Virus record (IMG/VR): IMGVR_UViG_3300018405_000049
Coordinates: 1-30,777 of that record
Strand: one strand, 5' to 3'
DNA from: a virus
Lineage: Duplodnaviria; Caudoviricetes
Length of the DNA: 30,777 nt
The position numbers were made by a program, and so were the translations under genes. Within the stretch, counting starts at the first letter, position 1, and every line of letters starts with the position of its first letter. The notes under the pieces are model-generated. The model did no database searches. It was not told the origin of the DNA and saw nothing but the letters and a program-made list of their open reading frames with translations. Positions 8,246-17,821 of this stretch are shown here, piece after piece.

Positions 8246-11200
8246 TTAATCTGTCACCATACCTTTCATAATTGAGAGTTGATTTTTTGTCTGTCTATAG
8301 ATTTCTAATCGAGATAATGGCTCCGGTGAATAATTATTTTGTACAAACGAATATGTAGATTCTCCATTTTTGACATTGCCCGCGGACGTGTCGTACGTAG
8401 TTAAACCCTTAGTCGTTTGGACAGCTGATGCAGCATTATTAACACTTGACGAAACATCTATACCACGACTGCCAAGTAACGACGTTATAGAATTGGCTCC
8501 GTTTTTAACATCTGTCAAATCTAAAACAGGTCTTATAGTTGGGTTTGGATCGATATCTCCTGATATAACGTCATATATTTTAGACACTGCACTTTTAAGA
8601 GTATCTAAGGCATTAGTACCCATGCTCTCAGCCTGTGACGATGCTAAATACGAATATCGATCCAAACCGTTTGCAAAACCTTCGGCAGAATACATACCAA
8701 GTTCCTGAAATAATCTTGACGGGGACTTAATAGATAATGATTTCTTAACTGCAGCCGCAGCTTTGCTTGTGGCGTTAGTAATGCTTGTTGTGGATTTTGT
8801 AGCGGCCTTTGTTACGACACTAGTATTTTGTGTAATACCATTGGCTAAACCTTGGGCCGAATACGCACCAACCGCTTTGAACTCTCTAGACGGTGATTTA
8901 ATACCTAAAGCAGTCTTAGCAGCAGCTAAAGCTTGTTGTGCCATTTGTGCAGCGGCTTCAGCCAAAGATTTAATCTTGCTCTTCATTCCTTCCATAAAGC
9001 CATCAATTACATGAACCCCGACTTCTTTGAATGACGAAACCGTTGCTTCGAATTTTTGGATACATGAACTAGCCAAACTTCCAATTGTTGATACGCAATC
9101 TGATATTTTATTTTTAATTCCTTGTATAAAACCGCTATTCATTATTGTTGAACCGATGGTACTAAACCCCGGAACAGATGCCGTAAGCACCATAAACATG
9201 GCTTCTAACACAGCTTTTGCTAGGTTCTGCATGGCTGCTATTAGAATCGGCGTATTAACTCGTATTGCCTCCGCTAAACCATTAATAAAACTAATTACTA
9301 AATCAAATCCAGCTTGAATTAGATCAGGAATCTTTGACGCTATTGCTTCTATAAAGTTGACCATTACATCGATAGCCGTTGTGACAACAGCGTCAATATT
9401 ATCAGCTATTCCTTTTAGGAAACCTATTAAAATTTTGAACCCCGCATCCATAAATTGCGGAACGGCATTAGCAATGGCATATAACAAATATGTTATTAAC
9501 GATATTAGGGTATTTACCGCTTTTGGTATAACGGTTGCTATGGCGTCTATTAAAGATGTTAGTATTGCGGTAAATGCCGATAATATAGCAGGTCCACCTT
9601 TACCTATTACCGCGGCAAATTGTAATAGACCCTCCGCAACCTGTTTTAAGAACATCGGTATTAGTCCTATGATTGACGTTACAATTGCCACTAAAGCAAC
9701 TGCTCCGGCTGTTCCAGCTAAGGCTATTGCCGATAACCCAGCAGAGAAGGCTAGTAACCCAGCACCTACTGCCAAGCAACCAACTCCTAATAAAGCTACT
9801 GCAGCGCCTAACGCCAACATAACAGGTGTTAACGGAGCTAATATAAAAGACACTCCGCCTAGAATAACGAATACACCTACTAATGTAAGCAAACTCTTTG
9901 CTATTGCTCCGACAGACATACTACCTAGTAGTTTGAGAACTGGCGCTATAATAGCTAATGCTGAGGCCATAACAAGTAGAGCTGCCGCTCCCGGTAATCC
10001 GGTTTTCATAGCTGACATGGCTATACCCATTATAAGCAAAGATGCAGCCAAAGCAGTTAGACCTTTAGCTAATTCGGCAACGGACATACTTCCCATATTT
10101 TCTAAAGCTTTTGAGAATATAATAAGTGCTGCCGCTAAAATGGTTAGACCAATTGCGGTGGTTGTAACTCCGGTAGCATTACCTGTAAGCTTAACAAATA
10201 ATGTTATCTGCGTTAGTAATATACCAATAGATGCTAAACCTTTTACTAATGTTTCGGTATCAATCGAACCAAGCGATTGGACTGCATTAGATAAAACAAG
10301 AAGTGCCCCGGCAAGTATTAAAATACCAACACCGGTCTTTACACCCATGCTATCCATATTTGTAGCTTTCATAAATAATACCAATTCACTACAAAGAACT
10401 CCAACACCAATTAAACCCTTAGCAAGTTCTGCAGTGTCAATACTCCCAAGTTTTTTAACTGCCTCCGATAACACTAAGATCGCCGCGGCAAACACAACAA
10501 AACCTGTTGCGCCTTTTATCAACTCACCCGATGTTGTCGATAGAAGTTTAGCTGATATGATAAGAATCGCAGACAGTGTTGTAACTGAAACTAACCCTTT
10601 AGCTATGCCACCCCAATCTAATTCTGCTAAATTTTGCATAGCGTTTGACAGGATTAATATGGCTGTTGACAGACCAAGCATCGCAGTAGTAGTCGTAACC
10701 ATTGACTTAAAACCGGGTCCAACTACAAACTTTTCAAATATGACCATTGAACCGATTAATTGTCCAAACATAACACTCATTGCGGCTAAGGATGATGCTA
10801 ATTTACCAGAGTCTACCATTGATAAAGCTACGATAGATGCTGATAAAATACCTATAGCAATTGCTATTTTCATTAAGGTTCCAGCTTTTAGTTGATTTTG
10901 GTATGCTTCTAGGCTTCCTTTTACACCATCTAAAATATCCGTAATCCCACCGAGCAAGCCTTTACCGTTATCAACCACTTCAGTCAGCGAACTAACAAAT
11001 TTCTTTACAGCCAATAGAATAGCCGCAAATAATCCACCGTTGATAATCGCAAATAACTTATCGAAACTAAAATTTTCAAGTCCAGTAGTAATATTTCCGC
11101 TTATAGAACCGAAGGCTTTAGCTATTGCGTTTGCTAAATTATAGAATACATCAGCAATTTTACCAACGCCTTCAAACATGTTTGGTATTGGTTTTATTAC

Positions 11201-12652
11201 TTCTTTAAATTTTTCTAATACGGTGTTAAGTATTCCCGACGATTTTATAGTATTGTCTATAGATGTTACGAATCCACCAACAGCACTGGTTAATCCTAGA
11301 ATACCGTTTCCTGCAGGAAGCACGATTCCAACTAGTGATGCGATACCTTTAACAAAAGTAGAAACTATTTGTATTGCAATGTCAAATACTGAGAACAATC
11401 CAGTAAATGTAGTTTTTAGTTTCTCTGCAGTATCATCTCCTATTTTGAATTTCTCGGTTAAGTCTCTGAACGATTCGGATAATTCAACAAGTCGTGCCCC
11501 AGTTGTCGCTGGGAATACGTCTCTAAAAGCTTCACCTATTGGTTTTAGTATAGACATTAAACCCTTGAACGCGTTCGATAGAGCTTCAATTAATGCGTCT
11601 CGTCCGCCGTTTGTATTCCAGAAAGACAACATTGCATTTCTAGCATCTGTTGACGGTTTTATGAGAGATCCAAAAGCGTTGTTGATGTTTGTTAGCATTT
11701 CCGTTGCTTGCGCTTTATCGCCGATAATGTTTTCCCAAGATATAGCCCATCCAGAACCAACTGATTCTTTCATAGTACCAAACAATTTACTAAATGTAGT
11801 TACTTCACCAGCAAGCTTAGTCATCGACTCGTCATTTGCAAACTTGTTAAGTGTGGCAGTCATTACTTCTGCGGATAACCAACCGTTTTCTAGAGATTCT
11901 CTCCAGTCTTCCATTTTTGGAACATTTCGACCAAGCTCTTTTCCGGTGTCTATTAACGCTTGTTTAAACATCTCGCCGCCTATATTGGCGTTCTGCACAG
12001 AGTTCCAATCCTGAAGCCTAACTTCTCCAGAAGCTATGGCTTGAGAAAGTTGATACATTGCTCTAGAAGCATCTTCTGAACTTGCCCCAGATGCTGCTGC
12101 TATGTTAGCGATACCCTTAATCGAACCGACCGATGTTTTTAGATCAACACCTGCTGCGGTGAACGTACCTATGTTTTTCGTCATCTCGGCAAAGTTGTAA
12201 ATGGTTGTGTCCGAATATGCGTTCAATTCAGCTAATGCTTTATTTACCTCGGTAAGAGTTGTACCCTTACTTTTAGTATTCGTCAATATCGTTTGTATTG
12301 CATTTATTTTTGTCTCGTATTCGCTTAGTCCTTGCTTTACTGGATCGATTGTTAACGCTGAAACGATTTGTTTTCCGGCATTAATTGCTGAGTTTGTAAT
12401 ATTCTGCAATACCGTTATTCCCATAATACCAAGGGCTGAGAATTTCTGATTCAAACTTTCAACACCAGAAGCAATGCCAGCAAGGGAAAAACCATTAGCC
12501 ACTTTTTGGAGATTGGATATATTCTGAGCAGATCCGTTTAAATCGAGACCCTTCTTTAAGTTCTTAAGAGACTCTGTCGATTCTTTAACTCCGCTCTCAA
12601 ATTGTTTATTGTTGAATTGCATTTGTACAACTCGTTCGTCAACACTGTTCAT
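8246..12652 (-). CDS. Tape measure protein
   Basis: 1468 aa, N-terminal tape-measure domain (LNAYSDTTIYNFAEMT...AMYQLSQA), long hydrophobic Ala/Leu/Gly repeats, C-terminal IKSPSR motifs. Confidence 0.93.
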   Translation of the reverse strand: MNSVDERVVQMQFNNKQFESGVKESTESLKNLKKGLDLNGSAQNISNLQKVANGFSLAGIASGVESLNQKFSALGIMGITVLQNITNSAINAGKQIVSALTIDPVKQGLSEYETKINAIQTILTNTKSKGTTLTEVNKALAELNAYSDTTIYNFAEMTKNIGTFTAAGVDLKTSVGSIKGIANIAAASGASSEDASRAMYQLSQAIASGEVRLQDWNSVQNANIGGEMFKQALIDTGKELGRNVPKMEDWRESLENGWLSAEVMTATLNKFANDESMTKLAGEVTTFSKLFGTMKESVGSGWAISWENIIGDKAQATEMLTNINNAFGSLIKPSTDARNAMLSFWNTNGGRDALIEALSNAFKGLMSILKPIGEAFRDVFPATTGARLVELSESFRDLTEKFKIGDDTAEKLKTTFTGLFSVFDIAIQIVSTFVKGIASLVGIVLPAGNGILGLTSAVGGFVTSIDNTIKSSGILNTVLEKFKEVIKPIPNMFEGVGKIADVFYNLANAIAKAFGSISGNITTGLENFSFDKLFAIINGGLFAAILLAVKKFVSSLTEVVDNGKGLLGGITDILDGVKGSLEAYQNQLKAGTLMKIAIAIGILSASIVALSMVDSGKLASSLAAMSVMFGQLIGSMVIFEKFVVGPGFKSMVTTTTAMLGLSTAILILSNAMQNLAELDWGGIAKGLVSVTTLSAILIISAKLLSTTSGELIKGATGFVVFAAAILVLSEAVKKLGSIDTAELAKGLIGVGVLCSELVLFMKATNMDSMGVKTGVGILILAGALLVLSNAVQSLGSIDTETLVKGLASIGILLTQITLFVKLTGNATGVTTTAIGLTILAAALIIFSKALENMGSMSVAELAKGLTALAASLLIMGIAMSAMKTGLPGAAALLVMASALAIIAPVLKLLGSMSVGAIAKSLLTLVGVFVILGGVSFILAPLTPVMLALGAAVALLGVGCLAVGAGLLAFSAGLSAIALAGTAGAVALVAIVTSIIGLIPMFLKQVAEGLLQFAAVIGKGGPAILSAFTAILTSLIDAIATVIPKAVNTLISLITYLLYAIANAVPQFMDAGFKILIGFLKGIADNIDAVVTTAIDVMVNFIEAIASKIPDLIQAGFDLVISFINGLAEAIRVNTPILIAAMQNLAKAVLEAMFMVLTASVPGFSTIGSTIMNSGFIQGIKNKISDCVSTIGSLASSCIQKFEATVSSFKEVGVHVIDGFMEGMKSKIKSLAEAAAQMAQQALAAAKTALGIKSPSREFKAVGAYSAQGLANGITQNTSVVTKAATKSTTSITNATSKAAAAVKKSLSIKSPSRLFQELGMYSAEGFANGLDRYSYLASSQAESMGTNALDTLKSAVSKIYDVISGDIDPNPTIRPVLDLTDVKNGANSITSLLGSRGIDVSSSVNNAASAVQTTKGLTTYDTSAGNVKNGESTYSFVQNNYSPEPLSRLEIYRQTKNQLSIMKGMVTD

Positions 12653-13026
12653 TTCTTAGTTACCTCCCTCCATATAGCTTCGGCCATACTATCAAATAAC
12701 GGCCTCATTGTTGGATTAATGTAATCACGACCTTGTACGTATCCACCATTTTTTGTAGCGTGACCGTATTGTATAATTATGGCGATTGGTACTCCGTTTA
12801 CAATATTCGAGTTGGTCCACGTTATTGATAGGCTTCCGCCATTTTGAATTATTTTGTAGCTCCAGCAATTAGCAGTGGTTCCTGATTGTTTAGGGGTGGC
12901 CTTAGATAGAGCCAAAACACCTTCTTTACCATACTTATGTAGAATTTCTTTATGGTCTATATTAGCAACTCGTGTTAAAAAACTTTCGGTATTTTTAAAA
13001 TCACCACTCTGCTTAAAACTAATCAT
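12649..13026 (-). CDS. HK97 gp10-like neck/tail completion protein
   Basis: ATPKQSGTTANCW...IQYGHAT...VQGRDYINP pattern of gp10-like proteins. Confidence 0.7.
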   Translation of the reverse strand: MISFKQSGDFKNTESFLTRVANIDHKEILHKYGKEGVLALSKATPKQSGTTANCWSYKIIQNGGSLSITWTNSNIVNGVPIAIIIQYGHATKNGGYVQGRDYINPTMRPLFDSMAEAIWREVTKK

Positions 13027-13037
13027 AACAACCTCTT

Positions 13038-13724
13038 CTACAGTTCAAGTTTATCTCTAAGGTCATCACTATGGCAGTTGTAAATGTATTTAAGTGTTTC
13101 TATTTGGAAGTCTTTCTTTCCAGCTAATAGACCTACCATAAGATTGTACCAGTATTTATACTGATTCACATAATTAGTCTCTTCTGCAGTTAACTTAAAC
13201 CTTTTTTGGATAGCCCACCATAAACACTTTCGTCTAAAGTGATCCCAAACTGCGGGCTCGCTTACAAATTGCTGTGGACAATTTTTATAAGTCACGTCAA
13301 AATGTCTGATTACTCGTTCTATCGGTATGTTATATTGGACCATCTTCAATCCAATTAATTCAGCTGCGACATTCTGAGTTTGCTCTGTTATTATTAATTT
13401 ATTATCCACAATATCAGAACACAATTCAAATCCTAATGAATTAGAATTTAAACATTTACCTTTGAATGTTCCACCGCCAGCAACCGCTCGTTGTTTATCA
13501 GCACAATGCCACGCTGTATCTTTATCTTCGACAACCTGAGTGGCACTATCCTCATCTACAAAGTAGTTTGCAGAGGCGTTCAATACATTATCGTGAAAGT
13601 ATTTAGCATTTCCCTCGTCTGTATCGCCATTATTTGCGGTGTTATGCACAACAAGATACTGAATTGTATACCCAGCTCGTCCTTTACGAAAATTTACATT
13701 TGTTAGGTTTCTTTTAATAATCAT
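13038..13724 (-). CDS. N-acetylmuramoyl-L-alanine amidase (Amidase_2-type endolysin)
   Basis: YLVVHNTAN, SANYFVD, AWHC, SLGFELC and IRHFDVTYKNCP zinc-amidase motifs. Confidence 0.88.
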   Translation of the reverse strand: MIIKRNLTNVNFRKGRAGYTIQYLVVHNTANNGDTDEGNAKYFHDNVLNASANYFVDEDSATQVVEDKDTAWHCADKQRAVAGGGTFKGKCLNSNSLGFELCSDIVDNKLIITEQTQNVAAELIGLKMVQYNIPIERVIRHFDVTYKNCPQQFVSEPAVWDHFRRKCLWWAIQKRFKLTAEETNYVNQYKYWYNLMVGLLAGKKDFQIETLKYIYNCHSDDLRDKLEL

Positions 13725-13736
13725 GTTATATTCTCC

Positions 13737-14276
13737 TTATCCATTTGTATTTAAAGCTTTCTTACGAGTCTCGTTAAGTGTTCTATGTCTTTCTGCAAGC
13801 TCGCCTTTGCTCATTTTTTTAGACGGAGTGTTCTTAATATTACATACGTTTATAAGTGTTATTAACCTATTTAGATGCCACTTTTGAAATTCTATAGGTA
13901 TATTCTGAGCAATCATACAATAATAAATAATCTCCGCAGTAATTGGTTCGTTATTAGAGGCTCCGGTATTCTGTCGTATAGTAGTCGCAGTCATTGGTGC
14001 CGCAATATAAGTAGCAACTTGATTTATGTGATCGTTGGTAATTAATTTATATATGTCAGGTGGGACATTTTGCGTGATTGTCATACATCTTATATAGTCG
14101 ACAGATTCCTCAAAGGTTTGTTCGTTCTTTGAAAGAAATGGTTTCCCCCATTTGGATTCCCATTTTGAAATTGAGACTAGAGAGTGTTCAAGTTGGAGTA
14201 CATGTTCTTTGGTATAAATAAACTCATTATTTTTTTCATCATAAAATTGAGCAGATGGTATTATAAGTTTTAACAT
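13737..14276 (-). CDS. Putative tail assembly chaperone (second)
   Basis: Position after major tail gene and first chaperone. LEHSLVSISKWESKW and WHLNRL motifs recalled from related phages. Confidence 0.55.
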   Translation of the reverse strand: MLKLIIPSAQFYDEKNNEFIYTKEHVLQLEHSLVSISKWESKWGKPFLSKNEQTFEESVDYIRCMTITQNVPPDIYKLITNDHINQVATYIAAPMTATTIRQNTGASNNEPITAEIIYYCMIAQNIPIEFQKWHLNRLITLINVCNIKNTPSKKMSKGELAERHRTLNETRKKALNTNG

Positions 14277-14294
14277 CTCTAGTCTCCCTTCTAA

Positions 14295-14672
14295 TTAGTT
14301 ACCGATAGGTTCAGAAATTTTAGGCGTTATACCATTAACAAAAGCTGTTGCTGCTTCGGTGCTCGTGGCTAATTCCATAAATAATTCGCTATACGCATCG
14401 GTCTGTGCAAACGAAGCTGTTAGCTCGTCGCTTTTAATAAACCGCTTTCCGTCTTCTGATTTTTCGCCATATGCTTTTAAAATTAAATCTTTAAAGATAG
14501 CAACTATCTTTTTAGAATCGTTTTCTTCAATAATTCGCTCAAGGGTTTTTTCTAACCCCCCTTTTTCGGACATTTCCATCTCAACTAATTCAGCCTTAGT
14601 CAGATTAAATAAAAACTCCTCAGATCTTTCAACACCATTAAAATCGGTGTATTTAATTGTTTTTCGTAACAT
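14295..14672 (-). CDS. Putative tail assembly chaperone
   Basis: Acidic helical 125-aa protein immediately downstream of the major tail gene. Confidence 0.6.
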   Translation of the reverse strand: MLRKTIKYTDFNGVERSEEFLFNLTKAELVEMEMSEKGGLEKTLERIIEENDSKKIVAIFKDLILKAYGEKSEDGKRFIKSDELTASFAQTDAYSELFMELATSTEAATAFVNGITPKISEPIGN

Positions 14673-14699
14673 ATTATGTAACTCCCTTCAAAAAGTTAT

Positions 14700-14735
14700 A
14701 ATAAGACGAGACCCTCGTATTTCAGAGGGCCGTCT
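14700..14735 (-). terminator. Hairpin (probable attenuating terminator) after the major tail gene
   Basis: AGACG-GCCCTC...GAGGGT-CT-CGTCT followed by TATT, intergenic. Confidence 0.5.
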
Positions 14736-14767
14736 ATGTTAATGAATGATTATGGGTTTAGTTGTTA

Positions 14768-15424
14768 TCAACCCGCTGATAATAGGGTTAAAACTTCATT
14801 TGGTGTTGGTAATTTAGCAGGATTTGAAGCCGTTCCATACAATAAATCTTCCAAAGCTGCTAGTTTAGTAGCATCGACTTTAGTTGAATCGATAGTAAGT
14901 GTGGATGTCGGTTTGTGTCCTGTTACTGAAATAGGTGTTGTCGTAACTTCCCAAGAGAACGTAATTAATTCTGGAGAGTCGTTAATTGAACTGTACGCCT
15001 TTTCGGATGGAGCCGCTTTTGCACCATAGATAAGATGTAATTTATAACCTAAATCGTTACCTAATATATCGTTACCAATCGTTGTCCTGTAGCATAAACC
15101 AAAACCCTTTCTGGACTGTTGTCCAATTAGCGCACCGGGAGCAAGTTCTGCTGTCCCATCGCACTGACCAAATTCTTCTGGATATGTATAGGCTTCGATT
15201 GTAGCTCCAAATTCTTCAGTCGACATAAGTTCAACATATTTTGTGTCGTCGGCATATTGTGGACTTGCTTCTGCTCCGGAAGGACTTTCTGTAACAGAAA
15301 CTAAACCGTTCCACGCAACACCCGATGGGTATGTACCGCTAGCATCTTGCGGATACAAAACGCCTTGTTTAATACCTGTTTCGTAGAAGCGTTTTCCAAC
15401 TTCATCCCAAACAATTTTACTCAT
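14768..15424 (-). CDS. Major tail (tube) protein
   Basis: WD..GKRFYETG..QGVLY, AWNGL, YADD.KY, IEAYTYP and FSWEVTTTP motifs. Position after tail terminator. Confidence 0.88.
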   Translation of the reverse strand: MSKIVWDEVGKRFYETGIKQGVLYPQDASGTYPSGVAWNGLVSVTESPSGAEASPQYADDTKYVELMSTEEFGATIEAYTYPEEFGQCDGTAELAPGALIGQQSRKGFGLCYRTTIGNDILGNDLGYKLHLIYGAKAAPSEKAYSSINDSPELITFSWEVTTTPISVTGHKPTSTLTIDSTKVDATKLAALEDLLYGTASNPAKLPTPNEVLTLLSAG

Positions 15425-15438
15425 ATTTTAATTCCTCC

Positions 15439-15744
15439 TTAATAATAAAGGTTGTAGACATCATGATACATATTATCCGCTTTATAATGCCTATCAAAAG
15501 AACATAACGGAAGTTTAAGAATCTTCTCCGGGATGTCACTATCCGGATTGGAGTCTATAATGGTTACCGTGTACGATTGTGTATACATATAAAGCGAATC
15601 GTTTGCAAATTCTGGTTTTATAGTATTTTTGTTGTAAATTATACACGGATATTTAATACCAACAGAGGGTGGTGCTTGAAAGTATACGTTTCTAGAACCT
15701 AATAGAATTTCTAATAAAGACTGCAGTTCTAATCTAATGCCCAT
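15439..15744 (-). CDS. Tail terminator / completion protein
   Basis: NVYFQAPP...YPCIIY motif. ATG 15744 overlapping the upstream gene end preferred over the track start 15759. Confidence 0.7.
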   Translation of the reverse strand: MGIRLELQSLLEILLGSRNVYFQAPPSVGIKYPCIIYNKNTIKPEFANDSLYMYTQSYTVTIIDSNPDSDIPEKILKLPLCSFDRHYKADNMYHDVYNLYY

Positions 15745-16051
15745 TATACACACCCCCAATTGTAAGTATTAACTTAGGAAACTGAACGTTTGCATCTGTA
15801 ACTTTCCATTTAGCGCCCATATATTCAGCATATCGTATAGTGTGGAAATTCTTCATGGCAAAAGGATCAGCAAGTATACTAATTTGTAGGTCGATGTTAA
15901 GATTATCGTTTGTCGATTCGGAAGACTGTAGTTTTCTAGAATTCCTAATAACTTCTCCTGAATATTCAATTGTATTAATTTGCTCGTCTTGAACCCCGGG
16001 CACTGTTTCTACTATACTAGCATACCCTATCTTGCCGTAATATTTTGCCAT
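15734..16051 (-). CDS. Head closure / head-tail joining protein
   Basis: Follows the capsid gene, beta-rich with ISILADP and YMGAKWKVT motifs (SPP1 gp16-like position). Confidence 0.65.
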   Translation of the reverse strand: MAKYYGKIGYASIVETVPGVQDEQINTIEYSGEVIRNSRKLQSSESTNDNLNIDLQISILADPFAMKNFHTIRYAEYMGAKWKVTDANVQFPKLILTIGGVYNGH

Positions 16052-16087
16052 TTTGAATTTCCTCCCTTAACAATATAAATTATACAA

Positions 16088-17821
16088 TTAACCGGCTGTG
16101 TTTACTTTAAGTTCTAAAGCAATAGCTGAGAAAGGCTTAGTTAGCGCTCCGGAACAACGAGTTTCGATTAAATACTTTTGCTTGTTGTAGTCAATATCGA
16201 AGTCGTCAAATAGATTAACAGCTCCGCCCTTATCGGCACCAACATTATAATCCGCCAAGTTAACGATAATACCCATTAATGTTAATGTGTCGGTACCGTC
16301 TACTCTTGATTGACCTTCCATAACAGGAACAGTGACGATCTCTCTAACACGAAGTGCTGTGGCTAACTTTTCCACGGAATCATAGATAATTCTTCCAGTA
16401 GTGTCTTCCATAAGTAGACAATCAGTTAACACATCTTCTGTGCAATATAATGTTGGAGAACCAGAACCCTTATACGCTTTTCTAGACTTAACAGCAGCAC
16501 GAATAAATGCCTTAGCCTTAGCGTCTGGTGTTGCATCTGAAGCCACGCTTACTGCCTGTTTAATTGTATATAGAGCTTCATCTTTCCAGATAGGTCTAAT
16601 GTTTGTTTCGTTAACCTTATCGTCGGAGGAATTAAGTCTACCGTCGCCGATAAGAACGGCTCTTGCAATTTCTTCATCAAGCATCATTCGCATTTCAGAC
16701 TTAAGCCAAGCAACTACGTCGAAATCGGTGATGTCGACTACGTCATCTCGGTCAAGCTTCTGTTTCTTATAAATTGTAGTCGGTGTCGTGCTTCTCTTAA
16801 GTAAAGAGAACACTTCTTCGGTCTTAAGATTCCCTGTAATATAACCCTTTGCTCTTGCGTCTGCTTCGGTAATATCAGCAAAGATAGACTTAATTCTGGA
16901 GAATGGAGTATTATGTACTGCGTTCATAACCTTTGTAACCCAACCCATATCTCTTTGAATAAACATAGGTGTATTTTCAATAGTTTTTGCGTCTGGCTGT
17001 AAATAGCCAATGTTTGTAATCCCATGCTCAAGTACACTCTCTTTAAGACTTCCGCATCTCTTAGCGTCGCTAATAATAGCAGCCATCTCGGAATGACTTA
17101 ATACATCATCCTTAGTGTTCTTTTCCTGATCAAATAAATTATGTTTCATAGTATCGTCTCCTCCTTTAGGATCTTCATTTTTGGCAGCGACATCTTCTAT
17201 CGCCTGAGCGATCATAGCATAAACAACTGTTTGTTGTTTTTCACTTAATGTGTTAAACACATCAGCTACTGTTTCTTCGGATTTAGCAGGATCTACTTTG
17301 TCCTTATGTTCTAATTTATCCAAACCGTCTTCTCCTTCTTCTTTTTCGTCTTTTCCGGAGTCGTCGGAATGATACATTTCGATTTTTTCTCCAGTACAAA
17401 AGATAGCTTCTTCGTTAGTCAATTCACTATGACTAATTACTGATTGAATTAGTGCTTCTGGATTAGCCCCAGCAAGAACCAAACTAACTTCTTTAATTGC
17501 GCCGTGAAGAACATTTTCTCCCTGTTGTTTTAGTTGATTTGCAAATATCGATAACGCGTCGACATCCCCATGTTCAACTAAGACCTTGGTTAGTTTACCA
17601 GATTCAGTATCGTTAAACGTACAGTAAGCATACACCCCTTCTTTTCTATTTTCTAATATAGCATGACCGAGTATACTTTCTGGAGCATCGTGTTGGTGCA
17701 TCCATACTAACGGTACTTTTTTACCGTCGTTATGTTTAAATGCATCTTTTCTAATGATTCGCCCATCCGAACATTTAATATCGTTTCTGGTTGCCCAACC
17801 ACTAAAATCGTATTTATCCAT
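16088..17821 (-). CDS. Prohead protease-major capsid protein fusion
   Basis: N-terminal HK97-type protease (FSGWAT, VPLVWMHQH, LSIFA, EVSLVLAGANP), acidic linker, then HK97-fold capsid region (LDEEIARAVLIGDGR, FDDFDIDYN..KYLIETR.SGAL). Confidence 0.88.
   Translation of the reverse strand: MDKYDFSGWATRNDIKCSDGRIIRKDAFKHNDGKKVPLVWMHQHDAPESILGHAILENRKEGVYAYCTFNDTESGKLTKVLVEHGDVDALSIFANQLKQQGENVLHGAIKEVSLVLAGANPEALIQSVISHSELTNEEAIFCTGEKIEMYHSDDSGKDEKEEGEDGLDKLEHKDKVDPAKSEETVADVFNTLSEKQQTVVYAMIAQAIEDVAAKNEDPKGGDDTMKHNLFDQEKNTKDDVLSHSEMAAIISDAKRCGSLKESVLEHGITNIGYLQPDAKTIENTPMFIQRDMGWVTKVMNAVHNTPFSRIKSIFADITEADARAKGYITGNLKTEEVFSLLKRSTTPTTIYKKQKLDRDDVVDITDFDVVAWLKSEMRMMLDEEIARAVLIGDGRLNSSDDKVNETNIRPIWKDEALYTIKQAVSVASDATPDAKAKAFIRAAVKSRKAYKGSGSPTLYCTEDVLTDCLLMEDTTGRIIYDSVEKLATALRVREIVTVPVMEGQSRVDGTDTLTLMGIIVNLADYNVGADKGGAVNLFDDFDIDYNKQKYLIETRCSGALTKPFSAIALELKVNTAG

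Noticed and set aside
8370-12449. Long plus-strand ORFs (e.g. 9357-10895, 512 aa; 11178-12014, 278 aa)
   Set aside because: Antisense shadows of the tape measure gene caused by its codon bias. No convincing RBS noticed, no motifs, and they lie opposite a clear gene.
14270-14320. Programmed frameshift between the two tail chaperone genes
   Set aside because: The ORFs are separated by 18 nt, the second has its own AAGGGAG RBS, and I found no clear XXXYYYZ slippery site before the first stop.
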